Source: a candidate division FCPU426 bacterium
Lineage (GTDB): Bacteria > Oederibacteriota > Muellerivitia > Muellerivitales > Muellerivitaceae
Assembly (NCBI GenBank): GCA_963847625.1
Contig: CAWKAR010000028.1
Span: forward strand, 64,001-128,000
Reading direction: 5' to 3'
Length of the DNA stretch: 64,000 nucleotides
Shown: positions 10,333 through 20,352 of the stretch, one piece after another
Position numbering within the stretch: the first letter of the stretch is position 1
How the letters are laid out: each line of letters begins with the position of its first letter
Notes under the pieces: generated by a model
Seen by the model: only the letters and a program-made list of their open reading frames with translations
Told to the model about the DNA's origin: nothing
Database searches by the model: none
Position numbers and translations under genes: made by a program

Positions 10333-12303
10333 ATGGGACTTTTCACTAGCAAGGACGACAAGAAAAAAGAACATTTGGAATCTGCCCAAAAGTTCATCGA
10401 TCAGGGCGAAACGACAAAGGCTTTTAAGGAACTTCAAAAAGCCCTTGAAATCGACCCTGACTGTAAGGAAGCCCATACCGCCATGGCTTTCCTTTACTCG
10501 GACATGGGCCAGCAGGACAACGCCATCGAGATCTTCCGCAAGGTCATTTCCATCGATAACAACTCCAGCGAAGCTTGGAACAACTTGGGGCTTTTTCTGG
10601 CCCGAGCTGAAAGATACCAGGAGTCCATCAAAACCTTCGAGGATGCCATTTCCCGCCATCCAAAAGTGGCCACCTATTACAACAACTTGGGGAATGTTTA
10701 TTACGAATTGGGCCAGTATGCCCAAGCCATGCAGGTCTTCCAAATCGCCATGGACTTGGACCCCTCTTACGCCGACTCTTACAACCGTTTAGGCATCGAC
10801 AAGGACACCACCGGAAACATGGAAGTGGCCTTGAGACGTCTGGAGGAGGCGTCTAAAAGCGGAAAGAACAAAGCCAAGACCGCTTTTGACATGGGAACCC
10901 TTTACGCCAAGCAGGAGCTTTTGGACAAGGCCATCAAGTCCTTTCAGGAAGCCATCCGCTTGGATCCCCGTTTCGAGGGGGCGTTCATGGCCTTGGGATT
11001 CGCCTATGAGAAAAAGGGCGACCTGCAAAAAGCCCTGGAAACCTTTGGTACGGTCATCACCTTGAATCCGCAAAGCGCCAAGGTCCATAACACGGTGGGC
11101 TTGATCCTCGACAAGCTCCGGCTCTACAAGCAGGCCATCAATGAGTACCGGATCGCCATCAAGTTGGAGCCCAGTTATAACAACGCCCATTTCATCTTGG
11201 GGCAAGTCTATGAGAACAAGGGAATCACCCAAAAGGCCATCGGGGAATTCGAGAAGTATATCCGCATCCATGAGAAGGGCGCCATGGTGGAGGAGGCCAA
11301 GTCCCGTATCGCGCGGCTCAAGAATATTTCCATCGAGGAAGTGGATCGGATCCTGGACATGAAAAAGGACGATGCCCCGACCCTAGCACAAGGAACGGAA
11401 AAATCCGAAGCGGCTCCAAAACAGGAAAGCGGGGCAGCCACCACCGCCGAAATCCAGGAAAAGTTTGGGGTGAAACTGACTGACCCCAAGGAATACCTGA
11501 AACAAATGCTAGCTAAAGCCAAGGCGGCTAAGACCGCGCAGATGGATAAGACCAACGCTCCCGGCGATAAAAGCGTCACCGCTTCCCTTCCGGCCGGAAC
11601 CACTCCAAACGCCAAGGTGAGTTCGACCCCAACAGTTCCGGCAAAACTCGAAGCCCCTTCGGGACAAACCGCACAAGTCTCGCGGTCAGAAGCTTCCGAT
11701 TCCCCTGCACCAAGGATCGAAACAAAAGAAACGAACGAAGAAAAGATTGCGGATTTAACCCCTACTTCACAGCCTGCACCCTCCGCCCCCCCTTCGGAAG
11801 AGCCGATTTCAAAGGAAAATCAGGTTATTTCCCACTCTGCCCCCGTTTTTGCAGATATTCCCCTGGTTCAAGTAGAGAAAGATAAAGGCCATCATAAAGA
11901 TCACGGGGAACAGGTTCTTGATCAACCCCCTTCGAATACCATGCCCATTCATTTTGAAGGCGAGGATGATACTGCTTCTTCCATCCCGGTTTATTCCCCG
12001 GGCCAACCCATACCTGCCTCAGCCCTGGACGGTTACTTATTGGACGAGCATGAGGTATTGGAGGCCATTGTCCGAGTGGACACCCAGAATGTGGAACAAG
12101 AAGCCCAAGTATTGGAAGCCGTCGAGGCGATCCAAGTATCCAAGCATGCGAGCGAGGATGAACTTCTGGAGGATCCCATTCCCGAACCCATCCCACCCGT
12201 CCCTCTTCCTTCGGAGGAACAAAAATCTCCGCCCGCCGAGAAGGCTCCCCCGCCGCCACCCGATTTGCCGTCGAAAATTAACATCAAGCGTGGATTCTTT
12301 TGA
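10333..12303 (+). CDS. Tetratricopeptide repeat protein with long acidic/Pro-rich C-terminal region
   Basis: Repeated TPR units (AWNNLG, YYNNLGNVY, AHFILGQVY) in the N-terminal half; low-complexity tail ending INIKRGFF. Confidence 0.85.
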   Translation: MGLFTSKDDKKKEHLESAQKFIDQGETTKAFKELQKALEIDPDCKEAHTAMAFLYSDMGQQDNAIEIFRKVISIDNNSSEAWNNLGLFLARAERYQESIKTFEDAISRHPKVATYYNNLGNVYYELGQYAQAMQVFQIAMDLDPSYADSYNRLGIDKDTTGNMEVALRRLEEASKSGKNKAKTAFDMGTLYAKQELLDKAIKSFQEAIRLDPRFEGAFMALGFAYEKKGDLQKALETFGTVITLNPQSAKVHNTVGLILDKLRLYKQAINEYRIAIKLEPSYNNAHFILGQVYENKGITQKAIGEFEKYIRIHEKGAMVEEAKSRIARLKNISIEEVDRILDMKKDDAPTLAQGTEKSEAAPKQESGAATTAEIQEKFGVKLTDPKEYLKQMLAKAKAAKTAQMDKTNAPGDKSVTASLPAGTTPNAKVSSTPTVPAKLEAPSGQTAQVSRSEASDSPAPRIETKETNEEKIADLTPTSQPAPSAPPSEEPISKENQVISHSAPVFADIPLVQVEKDKGHHKDHGEQVLDQPPSNTMPIHFEGEDDTASSIPVYSPGQPIPASALDGYLLDEHEVLEAIVRVDTQNVEQEAQVLEAVEAIQVSKHASEDELLEDPIPEPIPPVPLPSEEQKSPPAEKAPPPPPDLPSKINIKRGFF

Positions 12304-12543
12304 GGGATGTTTTATTTTTTAAAAAACAGTGAATCCTGAAACAGTTGAAAAATTCCAATAGTTTTGCTTTCCAGCCGATCTCACGGCTTCGACTGTGGAA
12401 TTTAGGTTTAAGGATCCTTGGTTAAATCTCAGTAAGTGGTAATAGCAGGGCTTTGATGATTGTGACTCGTTTCGTTTTTTGTTGCGTCTTTGGAGAACAT
12501 TTCTAAAATTGGCTGGAGGTTTGGCCAACGCAAGGAGTTTCAA

Positions 12544-12999
12544 ATGCCTGATTTAAGTTATCTCACCAAATACGGCCCCTTTAAAACCTTCAATGGAAAC
12601 GACCTGGAAGCGCTGGGTTCCATCGGGGAGGAGATAAAGGTTAAAAAGGATGATCTGGTTTTCGACGAAGATTCCAGGGGTGACAGTATGTATATCCTGA
12701 AATCCGGGTCGGTCAAGATCATCAAAAAGGTCAAGAACCAGGAAAACACGATCGCGGTTTTGAACGCCGGTGAATTTTTCGGTGAGATGGCACTTTTGGA
12801 CGGACTTCCCCGTTCCGCCGCCGTCCGCGCCACGGGCGACTGCGAACTCTTTCAAATCACCCTGGAGGGGTACCAAGGTCTCCGGTTGGAAAAACCGCAG
12901 ACCGCCTTGAAATTAATGGATGTGATTATCAAGGTCCTTTCCAACCGACTTCGACAAGCCAATAAAAACCTTGAAGTCATCAGTTTTTGGATCGAGTAA
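12544..12999 (+). CDS. Stand-alone cyclic nucleotide-binding domain protein (no HTH)
   Basis: VFDEDSRGDSMYILKSGSV...GEFFGEMALLDGLPRSAAVRA; AAGGAG upstream of ATG 12544. Confidence 0.9.
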   Translation: MPDLSYLTKYGPFKTFNGNDLEALGSIGEEIKVKKDDLVFDEDSRGDSMYILKSGSVKIIKKVKNQENTIAVLNAGEFFGEMALLDGLPRSAAVRATGDCELFQITLEGYQGLRLEKPQTALKLMDVIIKVLSNRLRQANKNLEVISFWIE

Positions 13000-13050
13000 G
13001 AGTCGAGCTGAATTTTTAATCCAAAACTCGATTGATTTTTCCAGCGGAAT

Positions 13051-13078
13051 AAAAAAAGCCTCGGAATGAATCCGAGGC
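13051..13078 (-). terminator. Intrinsic terminator between convergent genes
   Basis: Perfect 8-bp stem GCCTCGGA/TCCGAGGC with 5-nt loop; A7 at 13051-13057 reads as a U-tract on the minus strand. Confidence 0.75.
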
Positions 13079-13130
13079 CTTCAAGAAAGATTCTTATTGT
13101 ATATGTCTCGCTACTTTAAGGTTTTGTCGT

Positions 13131-13418
13131 TTACACAGCGGGTTTTGATTCCTCTTTTTTAGTTTCCTGCTCCAACTTCCATTGCAACCGGCGGTTTTCA
13201 CGTTCTTCATCCTTCTGCATGGTCCCAACGATGTTGCCGATGCGAGCCTGGATATTCTTCAGGGCTTTTTCATTTCCCCCGCCAAAATCGGGAACAACCA
13301 CCTCCCCGAAATTGTTGATATGGGTTTTCGCGTAGGATTTCCCTTTTTCCACGTACAACTCCACTAGGTATTCCTTCTCATGGACAGTAACTTTTACTTT
13401 TTCGCCGGTTGGGGCCAT
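13131..13418 (-). CDS. Hypothetical protein (95 aa)
   Basis: ORF with AAGGTGG upstream, followed by a terminator; no family recognised. Confidence 0.7.
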   Translation of the reverse strand: MAPTGEKVKVTVHEKEYLVELYVEKGKSYAKTHINNFGEVVVPDFGGGNEKALKNIQARIGNIVGTMQKDEERENRRLQWKLEQETKKEESKPAV

Positions 13419-13605
13419 AAACCACCTTGATTTTATAGGATTTCAAGCGGGCCGTATATTAACCACCCCCTGGCAGTTTTTCAAGCCTTTGCGGGTTATG
13501 CCCGAAATAATTGTTGTATTTCAAGTGCATATTTTCTTGATTCTTTCAGAGGCTCTTGTTATCAATAAATCCATTCTCATATCCCCAGGTTCAGGATTCA
13601 AATAT

Positions 13606-15141
13606 ATGCTAGCGAATATCCGAAGCGCAGCCCTTCTGGGAATCGACGCTTATCCCATCGAATGCGAAGTAGATATCTGCCCGGGGCTTCCTACTTTTCA
13701 AACCGTGGGGCTCCCGGACGCTGCAGTCAAGGAATCCAAGGACCGGGTTAAAAGCGCCATTTCCAATTCCCAATTTTCCTTTCCCATCCAGCGCATTACG
13801 GTCAACCTGGCCCCCGCAGATACGAAAAAAGAAGGACCCTCCTTCGATCTTCCCATGGGGGTGGGCATCCTGGTGGCGTCAGGCAAGCTTCCCCAAAAGG
13901 CCGCTGACGGTTTTTGGATGGTAGGAGAATTGGCCTTGGATGGAAAAATCCGGTCCATCCGGGGAGCCCTTTCAATCTCCCTTGCGGCGAGGGATTCGAG
14001 AGTGAAGGGCCTGCTGGTTCCCGCCGAGAATGCGAAGGAAGCGGCTGTCGTGGGTGAGGTACCAGTTATCGCCGTCAAGAACCTGAGGGAAACATACGAG
14101 TTTTTATGTGGTGCCAAAATCCTCCCCCGCACCCAAGTGGACGTCGAGGCAGAATTTCGGCAGCATTCCAGTTACAAAGTGGACTTTTCCGACGTGAAGG
14201 GCCAGGAGAACGCCAAGCGCGGTTTGGAGATCGGGGCCGCTGGCGGCCATAATATCCTGCTGGTCGGCCCACCGGGCTCGGGCAAGACCATGCTGACCAA
14301 ACGCCTTCCCACTATCCTGCCTCCCTTGTCGCTGGAGGAGGCCATCCAAACCACCAAGATCCACTCCATCGCCGGCACCCTGGGCCGGAGAAAGGCCTTG
14401 ATGGGCACCCGGCCCTTTCGATCCCCCCACCACACGGTGTCCGACGCGGGCCTCATCGGAGGGGGAACTATTCCCAAGCCGGGGGAGGTCAGTCTCTCCC
14501 ATAACGGCGTCCTTTTCCTCGACGAGTTCCCCGAGTTCAACAAAAACGTCCTGGAAGTGCTCCGCCAGCCCCTGGAGGACGGCATGGTGACCATTTCCCG
14601 GGTCCAGTCCACGCTCACCTTTCCCGCCCAATTCATGCTGGCGGCGGCCATGAACCCTTGCCCATGCGGTTACTACACGGACCCATCCAAGGAATGCACC
14701 TGCACCCCGCACCAAATACAAAAATACCTCAGCAAGATTTCCGGCCCCCTTCTGGACCGCATCGATCTTCATATCGAGGTTCCTTCCCTGAAATGGAAGG
14801 AGATCGCCGGCGATCAATGCGGAGAGTCCTCAGCCGACATCCGGGAACGAGTCGGAAAGGCGCGCAAGATTCAGCAAGCAAGATTCTCCGGCGAGGGAAT
14901 CCATTGCAACGCGCAGATGACCACCCCGCACCTGAGGCGTTTCTGCCCCCTCGACGAACCATCCCAATCCCTTTTAAAAACCGCGATGGAGAAATTCGGC
15001 CTCTCGGCCAGGGCTTACGACCGGATCCTGAAGGTTGCCCGAACCATCGCGGACCTGGATGGCGAGGCTTCCATCAAACCCGCTTTTGTGGCCGAAGCCA
15101 TCCAATACCGAAACCTGGACCGCAGCGTCTGGCGGAACTAA
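13606..15141 (+). CDS. comM: YifB/ComM family Mg-chelatase-like AAA+ ATPase
   Basis: VGLPDAAVKES, ITVNLAPAD..KEGPSFDL, GPPGSGKTM, RPFRSPHH, GVLFLDE, AAMNPCPCG, SGPLLDRID. Confidence 0.95.
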   Translation: MLANIRSAALLGIDAYPIECEVDICPGLPTFQTVGLPDAAVKESKDRVKSAISNSQFSFPIQRITVNLAPADTKKEGPSFDLPMGVGILVASGKLPQKAADGFWMVGELALDGKIRSIRGALSISLAARDSRVKGLLVPAENAKEAAVVGEVPVIAVKNLRETYEFLCGAKILPRTQVDVEAEFRQHSSYKVDFSDVKGQENAKRGLEIGAAGGHNILLVGPPGSGKTMLTKRLPTILPPLSLEEAIQTTKIHSIAGTLGRRKALMGTRPFRSPHHTVSDAGLIGGGTIPKPGEVSLSHNGVLFLDEFPEFNKNVLEVLRQPLEDGMVTISRVQSTLTFPAQFMLAAAMNPCPCGYYTDPSKECTCTPHQIQKYLSKISGPLLDRIDLHIEVPSLKWKEIAGDQCGESSADIRERVGKARKIQQARFSGEGIHCNAQMTTPHLRRFCPLDEPSQSLLKTAMEKFGLSARAYDRILKVARTIADLDGEASIKPAFVAEAIQYRNLDRSVWRN

Positions 15142-15208
15142 CCGTTTATAGCGGGGATAAATTTGGTTTATTCTCCGAAAACAACAATTTTCAACGTAAA
15201 ATAAACCT

Positions 15209-15904
15209 GTGAAAAAATACCTTTTTACCATTCTCATTGTTTTTGTTTTCGGCACTTTGCGGACCGCGCAAGCATCGGAGGAACTGGAAATCCCCAACTT
15301 CAGCCTCTTGGGCCAGCTGGGAGGAAGCTTGTGCAAGGGGTTTTTGGGCAACGGGAACCCCTTTCCCGAGGGTGGGCTTTGGTTTGGGATAGGCCTCTCC
15401 AACCGCTGGGATGGGTATTGGGGTTTCGACTACAACTCCATGCCGAACCAGGTCATCACGATGCCCAACCATGACATCAACCTCAATATCGACAGGAACT
15501 CCAATCCTGTCACCACGGTCATTACCGTCCAACCGACGGATGATTTCGCCCTTACGGTCAATACCAGGTGGTATTTGAACGACAAGTACGATTTCACGCA
15601 TCAGCGATTCAATTCCGCTCCTTATGTTATCGGGGGAATTGGCATGGATATGGTGGTGGACCAGTATCCCAAACCCACCAATGGCAATTTTTACAGTAAT
15701 ACTTTGGACGTTTTATTATCGGCAAACGCCGGGGTGGGAATGGATTTTCCACTTAACGACGCCAAGCAATGGTTCCTCTACGCCGAAGGAATGGATCATT
15801 TCATTTTTTGGCAGGGTTTGACCCAGATCTACTCCATCCGTTTCGGTTTCAAGGTCATGCTGGACACGGCCCATGTGGACCCATTACGGGGAATGCTTCA
15901 ATGA
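15209..15904 (+). CDS. Exported protein, probable small outer-membrane beta-barrel
   Basis: Signal peptide (AQA); alternating aromatic strands TRWYL, PYVIGGIG, ANAGVGMDF, YSIRFGFKV. Confidence 0.55.
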   Translation: MKKYLFTILIVFVFGTLRTAQASEELEIPNFSLLGQLGGSLCKGFLGNGNPFPEGGLWFGIGLSNRWDGYWGFDYNSMPNQVITMPNHDINLNIDRNSNPVTTVITVQPTDDFALTVNTRWYLNDKYDFTHQRFNSAPYVIGGIGMDMVVDQYPKPTNGNFYSNTLDVLLSANAGVGMDFPLNDAKQWFLYAEGMDHFIFWQGLTQIYSIRFGFKVMLDTAHVDPLRGMLQ

Positions 15905-16380
15905 TGGAATGGATCCCTCAAGGCGTTATCCAGGGCCATGCGGACCCATATTCCGATCTCCGGTGCCTGGCTTAGCCTAGGCCCAGCCACATTCAGGATT
16001 TTGGGCCGGTGAAAATCCAAGAATTCCCGGAACAGCCTTATGCCGTCCCCACCCCAGGGTAAGTGAATCCATGCCTTTCGGTGCTTGGCGGCGAGCTGGG
16101 CCGTGAGGAGCGATCCGCCGGTCATGTTTGGAAAAACGGTGAAGAGAGCCGTGGCGTCCGAATCCCGGACGTTCATTTCGGTCCTCTCGGCGTAATCGGC
16201 CGAGGGGGTTTCCTGAAGCAGGTACTTGTCCGGAATCCGCCCGTCCTCGGCCTTGCGTCCCTTGGGACACCATCCCCCGCGCGGCAGATGGTGGCGGATG
16301 GCCCAATCTAATGCCTCCCGGTCCGCGCCGGTTTGCCCCCCGGAAATGATTTTTTCAATCGGATACGCACCCATTTTCAT
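15898..16380 (-). CDS. 'Putative molybdenum carrier' (circularly permuted YpsA/SLOG) family protein
   Basis: KIISGGQTGADREALD, GGWCPKGRKAEDG, RTEMNVRDSDAT, LNVAGPR. Confidence 0.88.
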   Translation of the reverse strand: MKMGAYPIEKIISGGQTGADREALDWAIRHHLPRGGWCPKGRKAEDGRIPDKYLLQETPSADYAERTEMNVRDSDATALFTVFPNMTGGSLLTAQLAAKHRKAWIHLPWGGDGIRLFREFLDFHRPKILNVAGPRLSQAPEIGIWVRMALDNALRDPFHH

Positions 16381-16403
16381 CCAAAACTTTCCGAACCGCT
16401 TGA

Positions 16404-17132
16404 CTATCCGTTTCCCTCAACTTCATTACCGGAAACAGCCATGTTTGCATTTTCCATCTGTGCCTTGGCGACAAGCATCATGTCTCGGATCATGCTGGCG
16501 ATGCGGGGATAATTTCGGATCTCCCGGCTGGCCAACGCCCTCTCGAAAAAGCGCCTGGCTTCCTTGAATAAACCCTGGCGGCGGTGCAACTCCCCAATCA
16601 AGTAAAGGATGCCGGGTTCTCCAAGTCGTTCTGGCAAGTCGCCGCCGTTTTCGTGGAAATCCTGGTATGCCTCGGCCATGACGGCCATTTCCCTTTCATG
16701 GTCCTTGCTCAAACGGTAGATCCAGACCAGGTGCATGTAGAGGCCCGCCAGGGCACCCCGGTCCAGGAAATTCCGCCGCTTTAAAAAAGCGATGGCCAGT
16801 TCATGGCGCTTGGCGGCCACTTCCGGAGTGCTGGAACCCAGCTGGAAAATATCCGGTTTTTTCTTGCCGGAATTCCTGATCTTCTTGGTGGCTTCCATGA
16901 TCTTGGGCTCGTATTCAACGCGGACTTTCTCGAATTCCTCGTTGCGGGCGGCATAGGTGCAATTCGGGCAAACCGTGACGGCGTATAAATAAGCGCACTC
17001 ATCCTCGTAAATATTCCCGAAGTCGCTTTCTTTCTCCTTGATCTTGATGACCGAGGCGCGCATCCGGGTGGTTTCAAATTCCGTGCGGCAAAAGGGGCAC
17101 TTCAATTTTTTATTCCACAGGGGGGTGTTCAT
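16404..17132 (-). CDS. DUF2225 domain protein (Zn ribbon plus TPR-like helices)
   Basis: CPFC...ESDF...VCPNCTYA and YLIGELHRRQG. Confidence 0.8.
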   Translation of the reverse strand: MNTPLWNKKLKCPFCRTEFETTRMRASVIKIKEKESDFGNIYEDECAYLYAVTVCPNCTYAARNEEFEKVRVEYEPKIMEATKKIRNSGKKKPDIFQLGSSTPEVAAKRHELAIAFLKRRNFLDRGALAGLYMHLVWIYRLSKDHEREMAVMAEAYQDFHENGGDLPERLGEPGILYLIGELHRRQGLFKEARRFFERALASREIRNYPRIASMIRDMMLVAKAQMENANMAVSGNEVEGNG

Positions 17133-17319
17133 TCATATTTCTCCGTTAAGAATAGTTATGGTTCAAACCCCGGCGATAATGGCGCGTTTTTTATATCATG
17201 CTTGAAGCCGCTTGGGAATGGCCGCGTTTATTTCAAAATCCACTTCCAGCTTATCACCAGCGTCCTAATCCTCCGGGATTAAAAATCAGCGGCGATTTGC
17301 ACGAATAGGACCGGATATT

Positions 17320-19926
17320 TCACCTCAAGATTAGCCATTTTCCTTTGCGTCGGTCCCCCAGGGACGTCGTAACGACCACGTAATAAAGCCCATCGGCCAA
17401 AGATTTTCCCCATTGGTCAATCGGGTCCAGCTTCACGCTTACGCCCGGCGAAACGGCCGGAAACTTTTTATCTAGGACCTTCCTAAAAGACGTGGTAAAG
17501 ACTTCCACTTTCACATCCGCGGTGCTTTTAAAAGGCACGAAAATCCTCAAGGGGCCTTGGTCCTTCAAGGGGTTGGGGTAGATCAAGGGAAGGCCAGGAC
17601 CCGGCACAGGCAGAAAAGTGTTCGTGGGGGTGGGGGTGGCCGTGGGAGTGCAGGTATTTCCAGGATAGCCACAGGGGGTAGGGGTATCAGTCGGGGTGGG
17701 CGTCGGGGAAGGCACCACGCCATAGATGTAGCCCCTTCCGCCCGTGGTTAAATAAACCCGGCTGAAGACGATTTCGTCGCCAGCGATATAGTTGTTCTGG
17801 AGCCATCCGTATTGGTGCTGGTCGTCGTTGATCCGGACCCAGGTGGTACCCACCCCGTCGTCACAGCGGTAAAAACCGTATTGCCCGTTGACCGAGCCAA
17901 TGATGAAAACGGCCGGGTGGGTCTTGCCTGGCGCTGGCATACCGAATCCCACTCCCCAAGCGTTTGAAACGCTGGATATGGTGTTTTGGGCTGTCCCGGC
18001 CCCGGTGAACTGGTAGAGGTTTCCCCCGTTGGCCGCCACCCAAACTTCACCGGGTTCCCCAAAGCAAGCCCGGGGGACCCCGCTTCCGTAAAAGGAATTG
18101 ACTGCGGCAAAATTAGTTGCGCTGTTACTGCTGACGTACAGGGTTCCTCCACTCGTGGCGTAAAAAGTGGAAGGGCTAGAACGGTCCGAGGCAAGCATGG
18201 CATTGCTGGGCAAGCCGCTGGAGGTGGTCCAGCTGGAACCATTGTTGGTTGAAAAATAAACACCGCTGTTGGTGGAGAGGACGATAACACTTCCATCCGC
18301 GGCCACCGCGACCGACTCGGACCGCGAAGCATCCGGGGCTTGGGAGGAAAAGGGCGTCCAGGTCTGCCCATTGTCAGTGGAGTAAGCGCCGTATTGTCCC
18401 GTATTGCCGCTCCCCCTGGTCCCGATACGGGCCACGAGATTGGGGTTGTTCTCGGCAAAATCCAGGCCCACAGTGTTGCTGAAAACGGGATTGGTATACA
18501 TGCCACCCGTAGCGGGCGCCGTGAGGCTGTCATTCCTCATTCCGCCGATGTCCCCCACGGCGCTGAGAAAGGCCCCCTTGACGGAGCCGGGCAGGAAAAG
18601 AGGTACTGTTTCCTCAAGTCCCCGGTCCAGGAAAGACCAGGTCACCGACTGGGGAACATTCGAGGCTTGGATGTCGGTGCTCACGAAAATGCCCTCGCCC
18701 GTGCCGTAAAAAGCCCGGTTGGAGTTGAAGGGGTCCAGGCACACCGCCTCCACCCAGTTGGTAGCATTGGTTCCTACAAAGTTTCCTCCGAAATAAAGCC
18801 ATTGGATCCCGTTCACGAGGTATTGTGAGGGATTGCTGGTGTAGCCGGTGGGGGGTAGGGCGATGACAGTCCAATCGGTCCCTCCATCCGCGGTGGATAA
18901 AATCCTATCCGGAGCGTACCAATCCAATGTGGAAACAATGGCGTGCTGGGGGTTTCGGGCGTCCACGCTGATCCCTCCCGCCATTCCGCCCCAATTGGAG
19001 GAAGGCGTGACGTTGGTCCAGGAACCGGACGGCACATTGTATTTCCATACCTGGCCCTGCAGGGTTACACCTGTCACGTTATAAGGACCATAATCGTTGG
19101 AATAGGCCATCCAAAGGTTCCCGTCGCTTCCCAATGAAGCGTGGTGGGCCATCAGGCCGGAAGGCCCTCCGGGGACTTCCACCCAACTGCCCCCCCCGTC
19201 CGTGGATTCGTACAAGTTACTTCCCGCGCTGGTGCCGGATGCGGCTACAAATAGGGTTGAAGAGGCAGAACCGACAACCCCGCCCTGCCCGTCAATGACC
19301 ACCACCGGCAATCCTAGATAGGTAGTTACGCCATTAATAGTTATAGCGGCTCCTTGAGTGGGAAAGCCTGTCACCACATTCCAACTGGTGCCAGAATCAA
19401 CGCTTTTAAAAAGGCCGTATTCCCGGGAGCCAAAATAAAGAATGTTGTCGAGGTTGGGATCTACCGCCAACCGTTCCCCCATTCCCCGTCCCACATCATT
19501 ACCGCCCATGGGCGCATTAATATTATTCACGGTCCAACTGTTTCCCTGGTCGGCGGATCTGAGAATGACCCCATAGCCCGCGGTTTCATACATTCCACCC
19601 GCGACGTAAACAATATTGGGATCGACCGGATCCGGCGCGATGCTCTCAATGCCCAAGTAATTCCCTTGGCTCATGGAAAACATATCGGTCAAGGGGAGCC
19701 AAGTGGAGGTGGAATCATCCCAGCGGTAGGCCCCGCCCACATCCGTGCGGGCATAAAATAACCCCTGGGAAACCGGACTGGCCACGATACCGTCCACGAA
19801 ACCACTGCCCATGATGGCTACGTTGTTCCAGGAATAGCTTTGGCCTAGGGCATTGGAGCATACCAAGCCCATCGGCAAAAGAAGGAGGACACAGAGCTTA
19901 ATGTTTAGTAATTTGGCAGTTTTCAA
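17320..19926 (-). CDS. Secreted GH74 xyloglucanase/endoglucanase with Thr/Pro linker and C-terminal T9SS-like domain (subtype A)
   Basis: GSGFVDGIV, YARTDVGGAYRW, GGNDVGRGMGERLAVDPN, SAVGDIGG, BNR repeats (STDGG.SW), W.RINDDQHQYG. Tail YPNP...FTTSFRKV...GLYY...KWLILR. Confidence 0.92.
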   Translation of the reverse strand: MKTAKLLNIKLCVLLLLPMGLVCSNALGQSYSWNNVAIMGSGFVDGIVASPVSQGLFYARTDVGGAYRWDDSTSTWLPLTDMFSMSQGNYLGIESIAPDPVDPNIVYVAGGMYETAGYGVILRSADQGNSWTVNNINAPMGGNDVGRGMGERLAVDPNLDNILYFGSREYGLFKSVDSGTSWNVVTGFPTQGAAITINGVTTYLGLPVVVIDGQGGVVGSASSTLFVAASGTSAGSNLYESTDGGGSWVEVPGGPSGLMAHHASLGSDGNLWMAYSNDYGPYNVTGVTLQGQVWKYNVPSGSWTNVTPSSNWGGMAGGISVDARNPQHAIVSTLDWYAPDRILSTADGGTDWTVIALPPTGYTSNPSQYLVNGIQWLYFGGNFVGTNATNWVEAVCLDPFNSNRAFYGTGEGIFVSTDIQASNVPQSVTWSFLDRGLEETVPLFLPGSVKGAFLSAVGDIGGMRNDSLTAPATGGMYTNPVFSNTVGLDFAENNPNLVARIGTRGSGNTGQYGAYSTDNGQTWTPFSSQAPDASRSESVAVAADGSVIVLSTNSGVYFSTNNGSSWTTSSGLPSNAMLASDRSSPSTFYATSGGTLYVSSNSATNFAAVNSFYGSGVPRACFGEPGEVWVAANGGNLYQFTGAGTAQNTISSVSNAWGVGFGMPAPGKTHPAVFIIGSVNGQYGFYRCDDGVGTTWVRINDDQHQYGWLQNNYIAGDEIVFSRVYLTTGGRGYIYGVVPSPTPTPTDTPTPCGYPGNTCTPTATPTPTNTFLPVPGPGLPLIYPNPLKDQGPLRIFVPFKSTADVKVEVFTTSFRKVLDKKFPAVSPGVSVKLDPIDQWGKSLADGLYYVVVTTSLGDRRKGKWLILR

Positions 19927-20352
19927 TGCAATTAAACCTTTGAGGTACTTTCATCATTAATTAACAGGGATAGTCTTTCATTGGATAAGAATGATTTATA
20001 ACCGCGGGATTATACCCGCGAACCCGATGAAATTCATATTTCGGATGGTGATATACCTCTTTTCAAGAATAAATTATCGACAAAAGTCCTGGATATTCTT
20101 TGAAAGCTCAAGTAAAGCAATAATTCAGTTGGAAACTCCGTTGATAAATTGTCCCGCGATGAAAGTACTGGGAGTAACCGTGGAAACGGTTTCATACGGA
20201 CACCACCCCAAGAAGAATTTTTTGAATGGTATAATGATGTAAGAATCGGATGGATTACTTATAATCCGTTTCAATTATTCCCCACCGAGGACTCAGTCCC
20301 GACCGGCCCGACCTGGAATAAAATTGAAAATTTCGGAAAATTTTAGACGCCC

